This document shows, piece by piece, positions 30,508 to 40,932 of a DNA stretch of 64,000 nucleotides. The position numbers and the translations under genes were made by a program. Source of the DNA: an uncultured Alphaproteobacteria bacterium (GTDB lineage Bacteria; Pseudomonadota; Alphaproteobacteria; HIMB59; GCA-002718135); the NCBI GenBank assembly GCA_902577945.1, contig CACHBB010000005.1, positions 666 to 64,665 of the forward strand. Reading direction: 5' to 3'. Position 1 is the stretch's first letter. Each line of letters opens with the position of its first letter. The notes under the pieces were generated by a model that was given only the letters and a program-made list of their open reading frames with translations, did no database searches and was not told where the DNA came from.

Positions 30508-33172
30508 TAGAATTTAATTTACTTTCTACGCACTTTATACTTTCCTCAATTTTACTAATATCTGATCCACCTCCTTGAGCAAGATCTTTCCTTCCGCCTC
30601 CACCCTTTCCACCAAGTATGGTTGAAATTTCTTTTATTTCTCTTGAAGCATCAAAAACATCTGTAATATCTTCAGTAACTCCTAATACTATAGATAGTTT
30701 ATTTTCATTATTTGAGATTATTAATGAAACACTTTTTTTATTATATTGTTTTTTTTGCTCATCAATAAACGTTTTCAAAGATTTATTAGGATAATCTTCA
30801 GCAATTAAATATATAAAATTTAGGTCCTTGATTTTTTTAACAACAATATTGTCATTATTTTTTGTTATAGAAATATTTTGTTTTAATTTTTCATGTATCT
30901 GACTTAATTCTTTAATTAATAAACCTTTGTCATCAGATTGATTTTTAAAATTATAATCAGCATTAATTTTTTTAATTTTATTCTTTAAATCTTCAATTTG
31001 GTTATCTTGTTGTTTATTTTTTTCTAATAAATCACTTTCTATTTCTTTAATATATTTATCTACTTTAACATTAGATACAGCCTCTATTCGTCTAATTCCA
31101 GATGCAACACTAGATTGATTAGTTATTTTAAATTTACTTATTTCTCCTAATTTTTCAACATGAGTTCCACCACATAATTCTTTTGAAAAAAATGATTCAT
31201 TTTCTTGACCCATTGTTACTACTCTTACTTCATCACTATATTTTTCTCCAAATAATGCCATAGCACCTTCTGCAATAGCTTTTTTTTGATCAACAACTTT
31301 AATTTCAACAATTCCATCTTTTTGAATTTGATCATTTACAATTTCCTCAACATTTATAAGTTGATCTTTTTCAATTGGATTATTATGGCTAAAATCAAAT
31401 CGGAGTTTTTCTGAATTAACAAGTGAACCCTTCTGCGTAACATGCTTTCCTAATATTTTTCTAAGTGCAGCATGCAACAAATGGGTTGATGAATGGTTAT
31501 ATTTAATAAAGTGTCTATTCACTGTATTAATGCTTGCTTTAATGGTATCGTCAATTTTGCATCCACCACTTATTACTTTGCCTTTGTGAAGAAAATAGTT
31601 TCCAAATATTTTTGTTGTATTGATTACCTCAAACTTAAAGTTATCATTCTCTAAAAAACCCTGATCACCTACTTGACCACCACTTTCTCCATAAAAAGGT
31701 GTTTGGTTTAATAATATAATTGCCTCTTGATCTTTTTTAATTTTATTTACAGACTTGCTTTCTGATATGATTGAAATTATTTTACAATCAGCTTCCATAT
31801 CAGAATATCCTAAAAATTCTGTCGGTTCTATTTTAGAAGTTATTTCAAACCAAATGCTTTCATCCGCAATATCTCCAGTACCTTTCCAACTTTGTCTTGC
31901 CCTCTCCTTTTGATCTAACATTTTTTGTTCAAATGTTTTTATATCGACTTCAATATTTTTACTTTTCAAATAATCCTGGGTTAAATCTAAAGGAAATCCA
32001 TAGGTATCATATAATTTAAATGCTACTTCTCCATTAAATATATTTGTTGAGTTAGAAATCTCATCATCTAAAATTTTTATTCCTTTTTCAACAGTTTCCT
32101 TGAATTTAGTTTCTTCATTCATCAATGTATTCGTAATAAGATCTTTTGCCCTATCTAATTCAGGATATGAATTTTTAATTCCATCTAAAAAAATAGGAAA
32201 AAGTTTATGAAATATAGGTTCTTTGTTACCTAATGAATGAGCGTGTCGCATCCCCCTTCTCATTATTCTTCTTAAAACGTATCCTCTACCTTCATTAGAA
32301 GGCATTACACCATCAGCAATTAAAAAAGAGGAAGATTTTAAATGATCTGCAATTACTCTATGACTAGGATTTGTTATTGAGCTTTCATTTCCGCATAATT
32401 TTGTTGATTCATTTATAATTGGTTGAAATAAATCTGTTGAATAATTATCATTAGAACCATCTAAAAGAGCTGTCATTCTTTCTAATCCCATACCAGTATC
32501 AATAGAAGGTTTTGGAAGATTAATTCTCTCAGACTTAGATATTTGTTCATATTGCATAAATACCAAATTCCATATTTCTATAAATCTATCACCATCTTCA
32601 TTCGGGGAACCCGGAGGACCTCCTTCATATTTATCACCATGATCATAAAATATTTCAGAACATGGACCACAAGGACCTGTTTCACCCATTGACCAAAAAT
32701 TATCAGATGTACTAATTTTAATAATTTTATTTTCTGGTAATCCAGCTATTTTTTTCCATAAATCAAATGCTTCCCGATCTTCTGAATAAACTGTTACTAA
32801 AAGCTTATCTTTATTTATTGAATATTCTTTAGTAATTAGATTCCATGCTAGTTCTATGGCTTGTTCTTTAAAATAATCCCCAAAAGAAAAATTGCCCAAC
32901 ATTTCAAAAAAAGTATGGTGTCTTGTCGTATATCCCACATTTTCCAAATCGTTGTGTTTACCACCTGCTCTTACACATTTTTGCGCAGTAGTTGCTCTAT
33001 TATAATCTCTTTTCTCCTTACCTGTAAAAATATTTTTAAATTGGACCATTCCTGAATTTGCAAACATCAGAGAAGGATCATTATCTGGTACTAAAGAACT
33101 AGAATGAATAATCTCATGTCCATTTTTTTTAAAATAATTGAGAAATGTTGACCTAATCTGATTTGAATTCAT
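30500..33172 (-). CDS. alaS: Alanine--tRNA ligase
   Basis: [29 protein letters not shown], editing-domain HSSTHLLH and CGGTH motifs, C-terminal GGKGGGG. 890 aa. Confidence 0.95.
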   Translation of the reverse strand: MNSNQIRSTFLNYFKKNGHEIIHSSSLVPDNDPSLMFANSGMVQFKNIFTGKEKRDYNRATTAQKCVRAGGKHNDLENVGYTTRHHTFFEMLGNFSFGDYFKEQAIELAWNLITKEYSINKDKLLVTVYSEDREAFDLWKKIAGLPENKIIKISTSDNFWSMGETGPCGPCSEIFYDHGDKYEGGPPGSPNEDGDRFIEIWNLVFMQYEQISKSERINLPKPSIDTGMGLERMTALLDGSNDNYSTDLFQPIINESTKLCGNESSITNPSHRVIADHLKSSSFLIADGVMPSNEGRGYVLRRIMRRGMRHAHSLGNKEPIFHKLFPIFLDGIKNSYPELDRAKDLITNTLMNEETKFKETVEKGIKILDDEISNSTNIFNGEVAFKLYDTYGFPLDLTQDYLKSKNIEVDIKTFEQKMLDQKERARQSWKGTGDIADESIWFEITSKIEPTEFLGYSDMEADCKIISIISESKSVNKIKKDQEAIILLNQTPFYGESGGQVGDQGFLENDNFKFEVINTTKIFGNYFLHKGKVISGGCKIDDTIKASINTVNRHFIKYNHSSTHLLHAALRKILGKHVTQKGSLVNSEKLRFDFSHNNPIEKDQLINVEEIVNDQIQKDGIVEIKVVDQKKAIAEGAMALFGEKYSDEVRVVTMGQENESFFSKELCGGTHVEKLGEISKFKITNQSSVASGIRRIEAVSNVKVDKYIKEIESDLLEKNKQQDNQIEDLKNKIKKINADYNFKNQSDDKGLLIKELSQIHEKLKQNISITKNNDNIVVKKIKDLNFIYLIAEDYPNKSLKTFIDEQKKQYNKKSVSLIISNNENKLSIVLGVTEDITDVFDASREIKEISTILGGKGGGGRKDLAQGGGSDISKIEESIKCVESKLNSIS

Positions 33173-33206
33173 GCAAAGGTATTATAACTTGAAAACTATA
33201 TTGTCT

Positions 33207-33239
33207 AAATAAAAAAGCGCCTATTTTGAAATAGGCGCT
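33207..33239 (-). terminator. Rho-independent terminator downstream of recA
   Basis: Perfect 9-bp GC-containing stem AGCGCCTAT/ATAGGCGCT (33216-33224 / 33231-33239) with a 6-nt loop. On the minus strand it is followed by TTTTTTATTT. Confidence 0.7.
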
Positions 33240-33258
33240 AATCAAAAAATTATTATTT

Positions 33259-34362
33259 TTATTCTTTTACTTCTTCATTTTCTTTTTCTTTTTCTTTATT
33301 CTCTACTTTTCCTTCCATCATAGCTTTTTCAACTATTCCGGCATTTTGAAGAATTTGATTTTCAATTTCTTTAGCTATTTCAGGATTATCATTAAGATAG
33401 TTTTTAACATTTTCTCTACCCTGTCCTATTTTGGTATTTTTGTAAGAAAACCAAGATCCTGATTTATCAATGATTTCTGCTTTAACACCTAAATCAACTA
33501 GTTCACCCAATTTAGATATACCTTCTCCATACATAATGTCAAATTCAACAACTTTGAATGGAGGTGCAACTTTATTTTTTACTATTTTTACCCTAGTTTG
33601 ATTTCCAATGATCTCATCTTTATCCTTTATTGCACCAATTCTTCTGATATCCATTCTAACTGAAGAATAAAATTTTAGAGCATTACCGCCTGTAGTTGTC
33701 TCAGGACTACCAAACATAACGCCTATTTTCATTCTTAGTTGATTTATGAATACAACTAGAGTGTTTGATTGTGCAATAGAACTTGTAAGTTTTCTTAAAG
33801 CCTGACTCATTAATCTTGCTTGCAAGCCAGGTAAAGAATCCCCCATATCACCTTCTAGTTCAGCTCTTGGAACAAGTGCAGCAACAGAGTCAATAATTAA
33901 CACATCAATACCACCTGATTTAATTAAAGAGTCGGCAATCTCTAAGCCTTGTTCTCCTGTATCAGGTTGAGAAATTAGTAGTTCTTCTAAATTTACACCT
34001 AGTTTCTTAGCATATGCTGGGTCTAGGGCATGCTCCGCATCTATAAATGCACAATTACCACCTTTTTTTTGAGATTCGGCTACAATATGCGTTGCTAGGG
34101 TTGTTTTACCTGAGCTTTCAGGGCCATAAATTTCAATAATTCTTCCTTTAGGTACTCCTCCTATACCAAGAGCTATATCTAATCCTAATGATCCAGTAGA
34201 AATAGCCTCAATATCTACATTTGTTTTTGAGCCCAATTTCATTATTGAGCCTTTACCGTAATTTTTCTCTATTAAGCTTACTGCGGCTTCTAGAGATTTA
34301 CTTCTATTTTCTTTATCCATTAAATTCTCGTTATTTACTACTTTTAATTTAGCTTGAGACAT
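33259..34362 (-). CDS. recA: Recombinase RecA
   Basis: [18 protein letters not shown] Walker [23 protein letters not shown] and [26 protein letters not shown] motifs. Confidence 0.97.
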   Translation of the reverse strand: MSQAKLKVVNNENLMDKENRSKSLEAAVSLIEKNYGKGSIMKLGSKTNVDIEAISTGSLGLDIALGIGGVPKGRIIEIYGPESSGKTTLATHIVAESQKKGGNCAFIDAEHALDPAYAKKLGVNLEELLISQPDTGEQGLEIADSLIKSGGIDVLIIDSVAALVPRAELEGDMGDSLPGLQARLMSQALRKLTSSIAQSNTLVVFINQLRMKIGVMFGSPETTTGGNALKFYSSVRMDIRRIGAIKDKDEIIGNQTRVKIVKNKVAPPFKVVEFDIMYGEGISKLGELVDLGVKAEIIDKSGSWFSYKNTKIGQGRENVKNYLNDNPEIAKEIENQILQNAGIVEKAMMEGKVENKEKEKENEEVKE

Positions 34363-34421
34363 TACATTTCTCCATTATTTTCCTATGTTTTTATTAAGAT
34401 TCTTGCAAATCATGATTACTT

Positions 34422-34462
34422 GTACACGTTTTGTTCTATTTTTGAAAGTTCTATTTTTGTTC
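34422..34462. promoter_or_regulatory. Putative tandem alphaproteobacterial-type SOS (LexA) boxes in the recA/dksA divergent promoter region
   Basis: GTAC-N7-GTTC (34422-34436) and GTTC-N7-GTTC (34448-34462). The 11-mer GTTCTATTTTT occurs twice (34433, 34448). Located 60-100 bp upstream of the recA start. Confidence 0.45.
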
Positions 34463-34575
34463 TTTTATAAAAAAAAGACAACTAATTGAAAAATATATAT
34501 TTTTTTTAAAAAATAAAATTTTAATATTGCTTGAATAAATATTAACATTTGTTAAATCAGCCAATTTTAAAATTT

Positions 34576-34983
34576 ATGTCTAAATTGCCAAAAAATTATA
34601 AACCAACTCAAAAAGAAAAGTTTATGAATGCTAAAATGAGAGAGTACTTTAGATTGAAGTTAATTAATTGGAAGAATGAACTTTTAAAAGAATCTTCACA
34701 AACATTGAATAATCTTCAAACTGAAAACGAGGCAAAACCTGACATTACAGATAGAGCTTCAGAAGAAATAGACAGATCATTTGAGTTAAGAACAAGAGAT
34801 AGAGAAAGAAAACTTATAAATAAAATAGATGCTGCACTTCAGAGAATTGAGGATGGATCTTATGGCTATTGTGATGAAACTGGTGATCCAATAAGTATTA
34901 AAAGGCTTGAAGCAAGGCCAGTAGCAACATTGAGTCTTGAAGCTCAAGAGATGCACGAAAAAGCTGAAAAAAGAATTAACTAA
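34576..34983 (+). CDS. dksA: RNA polymerase-binding transcription factor DksA (variant lacking the zinc-finger cysteines)
   Basis: Coiled-coil tip DITDRASEE (DxxDxA), ELRTRDRERKLI, and C-terminal GYCDETGDPISIKRLEARPVATLSLEAQ. The ATG at 34576 was chosen; the ORF track starts at the TTG at 34549. Confidence 0.85.
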   Translation: MSKLPKNYKPTQKEKFMNAKMREYFRLKLINWKNELLKESSQTLNNLQTENEAKPDITDRASEEIDRSFELRTRDRERKLINKIDAALQRIEDGSYGYCDETGDPISIKRLEARPVATLSLEAQEMHEKAEKRIN

Positions 34984-34994
34984 ACAATTTAAAT

Positions 34995-35192
34995 ATGTCT
35001 AATATCTATGTTGGTGATCTAAGTCCAGGCACGTTTGTAATAAATGTGAGTAAAGAGAAAGAATGGGGAATTGGTCAAGTTCAGTCCTCAATAGATGATA
35101 AAATTACTATTAATTTTGAAAATGTAGGAAAAAAAACTATTAACGCTAAAGAAGTTGAATTAAAAATAATAGATATAAATGGAACTTATTGA
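34995..35192 (+). CDS. Small conserved protein (DUF3553-like)
   Basis: 65 aa. The PGTFVINVSKEKEWGIGQVQS pattern resembles DUF3553. The family assignment is from memory. Confidence 0.5.
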   Translation: MSNIYVGDLSPGTFVINVSKEKEWGIGQVQSSIDDKITINFENVGKKTINAKEVELKIIDINGTY

Positions 35193-36171
35193 TCAATTTT
35201 TAAGAAAAGTAAATTATTTGAGAGTATCTGTTACAGATAGGTGTGACCTGAGATGTGTATATTGTATGAAAGAAAAAATGCAATTTCTTCCAAGAAAAGA
35301 CATACTAACTTTAGAAGAAATTGAAAGATTATGTGACAACTTTATAGAACTTGGTGTTGAAAAAATTAGATTAACTGGAGGAGAACCTTTGGTAAGAAAT
35401 GATATTCTTAAATTAATTGAAAAACTTAATACTAAAAAAGAGAAAACAAATTTAAAGGAGATTACACTTACAACAAATGGGACACTATTAAAAAAATATG
35501 CAAAACAACTTAAGCTAAATGGTGTTAATAGGATTAATGTTTCTTTAGATACAATTAATCCTGAAAAATATAATAAAATAACAAGATTTGGAAATATTGA
35601 AAAAGTATTTGATGGAATTAATGAAGCAATTAATTCAAATATAAAAATTAAAATTAATACGGTAGTAATTAAAGATTTTAATGAAAATGAAATCGAAGAT
35701 TTAATTTATTGGACTAATAGTAATAAAATCGATCTTACATTTATTGAGGTAATGCCAATGGAAGAAACAGATATCTCTAGAGAATATCAGTTTGTATCAT
35801 TATCTGATACTTTTAAAAAACTTGATAAAATATATAATTTTTCTAAGATTAACTACAGTACTGGAGGTCCAGCTAGATTTTATACTAGTAATTTATTATC
35901 CAATAAAATTGGTTTTATAAGTCCTTTAACAAATAATTTTTGTGCTTCTTGCAATAGGGTAAGGATATCAAGCACTGGTAAACTTTTTATGTGCCTTGGT
36001 CAGAATGACTTTGTTGATTTTAGAGAAATAATGAGAAAAGATTATAGTGATGATTATATAAAAGAAAAAATTAAGTTTGCTCTTAATATAAAACCAAAAC
36101 AACATGATTTTATGATTGGAGAAAAGATTAATAAATATATGAAAAGACACATGAATGTAACAGGCGGATAA
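35179..36171 (+). CDS. moaA: GTP 3',8-cyclase MoaA (radical SAM, molybdenum cofactor biosynthesis)
   Basis: LRVSVTDRCDLRCVYC (CX3CX2C), LTGGEPL, and the C-terminal cluster motif CASCNRVRISSTGKLFMCL. Confidence 0.9.
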   Translation: MELIDQFLRKVNYLRVSVTDRCDLRCVYCMKEKMQFLPRKDILTLEEIERLCDNFIELGVEKIRLTGGEPLVRNDILKLIEKLNTKKEKTNLKEITLTTNGTLLKKYAKQLKLNGVNRINVSLDTINPEKYNKITRFGNIEKVFDGINEAINSNIKIKINTVVIKDFNENEIEDLIYWTNSNKIDLTFIEVMPMEETDISREYQFVSLSDTFKKLDKIYNFSKINYSTGGPARFYTSNLLSNKIGFISPLTNNFCASCNRVRISSTGKLFMCLGQNDFVDFREIMRKDYSDDYIKEKIKFALNIKPKQHDFMIGEKINKYMKRHMNVTGG

Positions 36172-36929
36172 TGAAATTTCATTTTTTATCATCAAACAAT
36201 CCTGAGGCAAAAAATACAGAAAAAAAACTAACAGGATTATATGGACAAAATTCTGTTGAAGATGCCGACTACATTATTCCAATTGGTGGAGATGGATTGC
36301 TATTAAAATCACTTCATAATTTCAATAAACTTAACAAACCATTTTTTGGAATAAACTTTGGTTCAATTGGTTTTTTAATGAATAATCTTAGTAATGAAAA
36401 TTTAAATGATATGATTGATAATGCTAAAAAATCTACTTTTAAACCGTTAAAAATGTCTGCTCAAAGTGTAAATAATGAAATATTTGAAGCATATGCTTAT
36501 AATGAAGTATCTCTTATGAGACAAACTCATTTAGCATCAAAAATTAGAATTAAAATAAATGAACAAGTAAAAATGGAAGAGCTGATATGTGATGGTGTTT
36601 TGTTGTCTACATCTGCTGGAAGTACAGCATATAATCTATCTGCACACGGCAGCATACTACCTTTAGACTCAAATATACTTGCGTTAACTCCAATTAGTGC
36701 TTTTAGACCAAGAAGATGGAGAGGCGCTTTGCTATCTGAAATTAGTAAAATTGAATTTGAAGTGTTAAACAATAATGAACGTTCATCTAGTGTAACTGCG
36801 GATAATGTAGAATTTAGAGATATAAGTAAAGTTAATATTGTTTCTTCAAATGAAAATAAATGTACTGTGTTGTTTGATAGTAAGCATTCTATTGAGGATA
36901 AAATTTTGAATGAGCAATTTAATTATTAA
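36171..36929 (+). CDS. nadK: NAD kinase
   Basis: IGGDGLLL, NEV and STSAGSTAYNLSAHG motifs. The ATG overlaps the moaA TAA (TAATG). Confidence 0.85.
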   Translation: MKFHFLSSNNPEAKNTEKKLTGLYGQNSVEDADYIIPIGGDGLLLKSLHNFNKLNKPFFGINFGSIGFLMNNLSNENLNDMIDNAKKSTFKPLKMSAQSVNNEIFEAYAYNEVSLMRQTHLASKIRIKINEQVKMEELICDGVLLSTSAGSTAYNLSAHGSILPLDSNILALTPISAFRPRRWRGALLSEISKIEFEVLNNNERSSSVTADNVEFRDISKVNIVSSNENKCTVLFDSKHSIEDKILNEQFNY

Positions 36930-36931
36930 AA

Positions 36932-37306
36932 TCAAATTTTTTTAAATACACATATCTTGTTACCATCTAAATCTCTTAAATATGCATAGTAATCTTTACC
37001 ATGTCTAGGTCCAGGCATGCCTTCATCTTTTGCTCCAAGTTTAATTCCAATTTTGTAAAATTCATTAACAGTTTTTTTTGAATTAGCCTTAAAGGTAATC
37101 ATTGTACCATTTCCTATGGTTGCTTTTTTTTTATTATGAGGTCTAATCAAGTATAGTTCTATTTTTTTTGGAGTTTCTTTTTTAGCATAACCAAAATAAC
37201 GATTATGAGTTAATACCTTTTTAATTTTTAGAGGTTTTAAAATTTCACTGTAAAATTCAGAAGATTTTTTTAAATTATTTGTTCCAAGAGTAATAAAAGC
37301 AAACAT
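36932..37306 (-). CDS. VOC-family protein (glyoxalase/bleomycin-resistance/dioxygenase fold)
   Basis: 124 aa. N-terminal FAFITLGTNNLKKSSEFY and C-terminal YYAYLRDLDGNKICVF are typical of small VOC proteins. Confidence 0.7.
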   Translation of the reverse strand: MFAFITLGTNNLKKSSEFYSEILKPLKIKKVLTHNRYFGYAKKETPKKIELYLIRPHNKKKATIGNGTMITFKANSKKTVNEFYKIGIKLGAKDEGMPGPRHGKDYYAYLRDLDGNKICVFKKI

Positions 37307-37317
37307 AATTTAGAAAT

Positions 37318-37402
37318 TGGTAGCCTCGGCCGGACTTGAACCGGCACTCCCAAAAGGGCAAGGATTTTAAGTCCTTTGTGTCTACCATTCCACCACGAGG
37401 CC
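37318..37402 (-). tRNA. tRNA-Leu (anticodon UAA)
   Basis: Minus-strand sequence GGCCTCG...CGAGGCTACCA. 7-bp acceptor stem (G1-U72), anticodon stem AAGGA/TCCTT with loop CTTAAAA, long variable arm, T-arm GCCGG-TTCAAGT-CCGGC, encoded CCA. Confidence 0.9.
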
Positions 37403-37417
37403 AATCAAAGCTTATTA

Positions 37418-38164
37418 TCAAACTATTGAACTTTTTCCACCATTTAATTTAATCATATTTACAATATCATCTACAACAGGTTGAATTGAAGACATATCCC
37501 ATGAAGATACTACAATATTAACTCCACCAGTCTTTGCTACTAAATTAAAATAAGGATAACTTCCAATAGAACAATTTTTAAATTTATCTTGAATATCATT
37601 TAAAAAAATTGCTATTTTACTCTCATAGAGATTTGTATTTATAGTTATTACAAGTTTAGGTTTGCCTTTTTTTAATTTCTTAATTAACTCTATAAACATA
37701 ATTTGCATTATCTCTGGAACGCCTGGCAATACATACACATTATTAATTTTAAATCCTGGTGCAGCAGTCATTGGATTCAAAATTAATTCAGACCCAACTG
37801 GCATCTTAGCCATTCTTTGCCTACTCTCATTAAATTCACCTTTAGGATAGTATTTATCTAATATATCAAAAGCCTTTTTGTTTATGGAGTATTCTAGGTT
37901 AAATGCTTCAGATATACTTTCTGAAGTAATATCATCATGGGTTGGGCCTATTCCCCCTGTTGTAAAAACATATGAGTATTGGCTACTATAATTAATCACT
38001 TTATCAATAATGGTTTTTTTATCATCTTTGATTACAACTACCTCTTCAAGTCTTATCCCTTCATTAAGTAAAGTCTTGGCTATATAATTTGAGTTTGAGT
38101 CTTGTGTTCTTCCAGATAAAATTTCATCTCCAATAACAATAATACCAGCTGTATATGATTTCAT
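37418..38164 (-). CDS. CinA-like MoCF-binding (molybdopterin-binding) domain protein, without the PncC deamidase domain
   Basis: AGIIVIGDEILSGRTQDSNS and TGGIGPTHDDIT motifs. 248 aa. Confidence 0.75.
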   Translation of the reverse strand: MKSYTAGIIVIGDEILSGRTQDSNSNYIAKTLLNEGIRLEEVVVIKDDKKTIIDKVINYSSQYSYVFTTGGIGPTHDDITSESISEAFNLEYSINKKAFDILDKYYPKGEFNESRQRMAKMPVGSELILNPMTAAPGFKINNVYVLPGVPEIMQIMFIELIKKLKKGKPKLVITINTNLYESKIAIFLNDIQDKFKNCSIGSYPYFNLVAKTGGVNIVVSSWDMSSIQPVVDDIVNMIKLNGGKSSIV

Positions 38165-38223
38165 AAGATTAATTGATATTTTGTATATATTATTTATTAG
38201 TTAAAAATAATTATTTTTTTTAA

Positions 38224-39018
38224 ATGAGACATAACAATATTCCAATTTACCCAAAAAAAGATTTTGAAAATATGAGAGAAGCAGGTTCTTTAGCAGCTCA
38301 TGTTCTGGATTGCCTTTATGAAAAAATCAATCCAGGAATCAGTACATTAGAAATTAATGATTTTTGTCATCAAATTATTATTGATAATAATGCAATTCCG
38401 GCACCTCTTAATTATAGAGGATTTCCAAAATCTGTTTGCACCTCTGTTAATCATGTTGTTTGCCATGGTATACCCTCCGAAAGAAAAATATTAGAAGATG
38501 GTGATATGGTAAATGTTGATGTTACAGTTATTTTAAATGGTTGGTATGGAGACAGTTCAAGAATGTTTGTTGCAGGAAAAACAAACAAAAAAAATTATAA
38601 ATTTTTAAAATTAACTTATGAAACTCTTCTTGCTGGAATTGAAGAAGCTAAACCTGGCAACCATATTGGAGATATAGGAAATAAAATTCAAAATTTAGCT
38701 GAGAATAATGGTTATTCTGTTGTAAGAGATTTTTGTGGTCATGGTATAGGCAAAGAATTTCATACGCCACCAAGTGTCCTACATTTTGGGGAACCCGGCG
38801 AAGGACCAAGATTAGAACCAGGTATGTTCTTAACTATTGAACCAATGATAAATATAGGAGGTTGGCAAACAAAAATACTAAATGATGGATGGACTGCTGT
38901 TACTAAAGACAAATCCTTATCAGCTCAATTTGAACATACAATAGGGATAACTGAAAATGGAAATGAAATATTTACTTTATCTAAAAACAATACTGATTTT
39001 CCAATAAAGGATGTATAA
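38224..39018 (+). CDS. map: Methionine aminopeptidase, type I
   Basis: VNHVVCHGIP, DMVNVDVT, FCGHGIG, TIEPM and QFEHT metal-ligand motifs. Confidence 0.95.
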   Translation: MRHNNIPIYPKKDFENMREAGSLAAHVLDCLYEKINPGISTLEINDFCHQIIIDNNAIPAPLNYRGFPKSVCTSVNHVVCHGIPSERKILEDGDMVNVDVTVILNGWYGDSSRMFVAGKTNKKNYKFLKLTYETLLAGIEEAKPGNHIGDIGNKIQNLAENNGYSVVRDFCGHGIGKEFHTPPSVLHFGEPGEGPRLEPGMFLTIEPMINIGGWQTKILNDGWTAVTKDKSLSAQFEHTIGITENGNEIFTLSKNNTDFPIKDV

Positions 39019-39025
39019 GTAAAAA

Positions 39026-40318
39026 ATGATACCGCGTTACAACAGACCTGTTATTGAAGAAATATGGTCTTTGGAAAATAAATTTAAAATATGGACAGAA
39101 ATTGAATGCTTGATTGCTGAAAAACAATCTATGCTTGGCATTATTCCAAAAAAATCAGCAAAAGAAATTAGAAAAAAAGCTAAGTTTAATGTTAAAGAAA
39201 TTGAAAAAATTGAAAAAGAGACAAAGCATGATGTTGTTGCCTACATTAATAATGTAAGTAAATATATTGGAGATTCTTCTAAATATTTTCATTTTGGTGT
39301 TACATCAAGTGATATTATTGATACATCCTTTTCAGTACAACTCAAACAAACCGCAGAAATTATTAGGTATAATCTTAAAGAATGTATAAAAAATCTTAAA
39401 ATAAAATCTAGAAAATATAAAAATACAATAATGATTGGAAGAAGTCATGGAATTCATGCAGAACCGATTACATTTGGATTAAAATTGGCTTCTTTTTATT
39501 TTGAATTTAAAAGAAATTTAGAAAGGTTTGACCATGCAATTAAAGGTATATCTATTTGTGCCATATCAGGACCAGTAGGTACTTTTAACTCTATTGATCC
39601 TAGTGTCCAGGATTATGTTGCCAAAAAATTAAAACTTTACTCTGAAGATATTTCAACGCAAATAATACCAAGAGATAGACATGCTTATTTTTTTTCAATT
39701 TTAGGAATTATAGCATCCTCGATAGAAAGATTCTCAGTTGAGATTAGAAATTTACAAAAAACAGAAGTTTTAGAAGTTGAAGAAAATTTTTCAAAAAGTC
39801 AGAAAGGTTCATCAGCAATGCCTCACAAAAGAAACCCTATTTTAAGTGAGAACCTTACAGGCTTATCCAGGTACATTAGAAGTGCAGTACTGCCTTCATT
39901 AGAAAATATTGTGCTTTGGCATGAAAGAGATATAAGCCATTCTAGTGTAGAAAGAATAATGGCTCCAGATATTACAATAGCAACTGATTTTGCAATTTCT
40001 CGACTAAATGGAATTATTAAAGGCCTAAAAGTCTATCCAAAAAATATGAAAAAAAACCTAAATATGTTAGGAGGTTTGCATAATACTCATAATATCATGT
40101 TAAGATTTATCGAAAAAGGTTTAAGCAGACAATTAGCGTACAAAATTGTTCAAGAAAGTGCTATGGAAACGTGGAACAATAAAAAAATATTTTCTGAAGT
40201 TTTAGTTAGAAATAAAAAATTGAATAGTTTACTTTCTAAGAAAGAGATAGAAATTATTACCAAAGATAGTAATAACCTTAAAAATATTGATTGGATTTAC
40301 AAAAATAAGATTAAATAG
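39026..40318 (+). CDS. purB: Adenylosuccinate lyase
   Basis: Fumarate-lyase signature GSSAMPHKRNP. N-terminal MIPRYNRPVIEEIWS. 430 aa. Confidence 0.95.
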   Translation: MIPRYNRPVIEEIWSLENKFKIWTEIECLIAEKQSMLGIIPKKSAKEIRKKAKFNVKEIEKIEKETKHDVVAYINNVSKYIGDSSKYFHFGVTSSDIIDTSFSVQLKQTAEIIRYNLKECIKNLKIKSRKYKNTIMIGRSHGIHAEPITFGLKLASFYFEFKRNLERFDHAIKGISICAISGPVGTFNSIDPSVQDYVAKKLKLYSEDISTQIIPRDRHAYFFSILGIIASSIERFSVEIRNLQKTEVLEVEENFSKSQKGSSAMPHKRNPILSENLTGLSRYIRSAVLPSLENIVLWHERDISHSSVERIMAPDITIATDFAISRLNGIIKGLKVYPKNMKKNLNMLGGLHNTHNIMLRFIEKGLSRQLAYKIVQESAMETWNNKKIFSEVLVRNKKLNSLLSKKEIEIITKDSNNLKNIDWIYKNKIK

Positions 40319-40355
40319 TCTTTATTTTTTCTAGTAACTAAACTATTTAATATAT

Positions 40356-40586
40356 ATGCCAATGTCAGAAGAACAGATAAAACAATTTATTATTGATGCT
40401 ATTCCTGACGCAAATGTTGAAATTGTAGATTTAAAAGGTGATGGAGATCATTACAGCGCAACAGTAAAATCAAAGTCTTTTTATGGAAAAACTAGAGTAG
40501 AACAACATAAAATGGTATATGATGCATTTAAAGGGCAAATGGGTAGCGAGTTACACGCTCTCAAACTTAAAACAATATCGGAGTAA
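40356..40586 (+). CDS. BolA-family protein
   Basis: 76 aa. DGDHYSATVKS..F.GK..VEQHKMVY pattern. Immediately upstream of a monothiol glutaredoxin, its usual partner. Confidence 0.8.
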   Translation: MPMSEEQIKQFIIDAIPDANVEIVDLKGDGDHYSATVKSKSFYGKTRVEQHKMVYDAFKGQMGSELHALKLKTISE

Positions 40587-40589
40587 TTA

Positions 40590-40931
40590 ATGAACAATGC
40601 AGACCATGTATCTCAAAATATAGAAAATGAAATAAATACTAATGATGTTATTCTTTTTATGAAAGGAACACCAGTTTTCCCTATGTGTGGCTTCTCAGCA
40701 AGAGTGGTAGAAATTCTAAATAAAGTTGGCGTAAAATTTGGAAGCGTAAATGTTTTAGAAAGTGATGAGATGAGAGAAGGTATAAAAAAATATTCAAATT
40801 GGCCTACAATACCACAACTATATGTAAAAAAAGAATTTGTTGGAGGTTGTGATATTATTACAGAAATGTTTGAAAGTGGTGAGCTTTTAGAAATGTTTAA
40901 TACTAAAGGTATAGAAATAAATCCATCATAA
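40590..40931 (+). CDS. grxD: Monothiol glutaredoxin (Grx4 family)
   Basis: VILFMKGTPVFPMCGFS active site (CGFS), WPTIPQLYVKKEFVGGCDI. Confidence 0.9.
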   Translation: MNNADHVSQNIENEINTNDVILFMKGTPVFPMCGFSARVVEILNKVGVKFGSVNVLESDEMREGIKKYSNWPTIPQLYVKKEFVGGCDIITEMFESGELLEMFNTKGIEINPS

Positions 40932-40932
40932 A

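Noticed and set aside
34363-34548. The longest intergenic region (186 bp), examined for a riboswitch or small RNA
   Set aside because: Very AT-rich with no stable conserved-looking secondary structure or known riboswitch core. It is better explained as divergent recA/dksA promoters, with the repeats reported separately.
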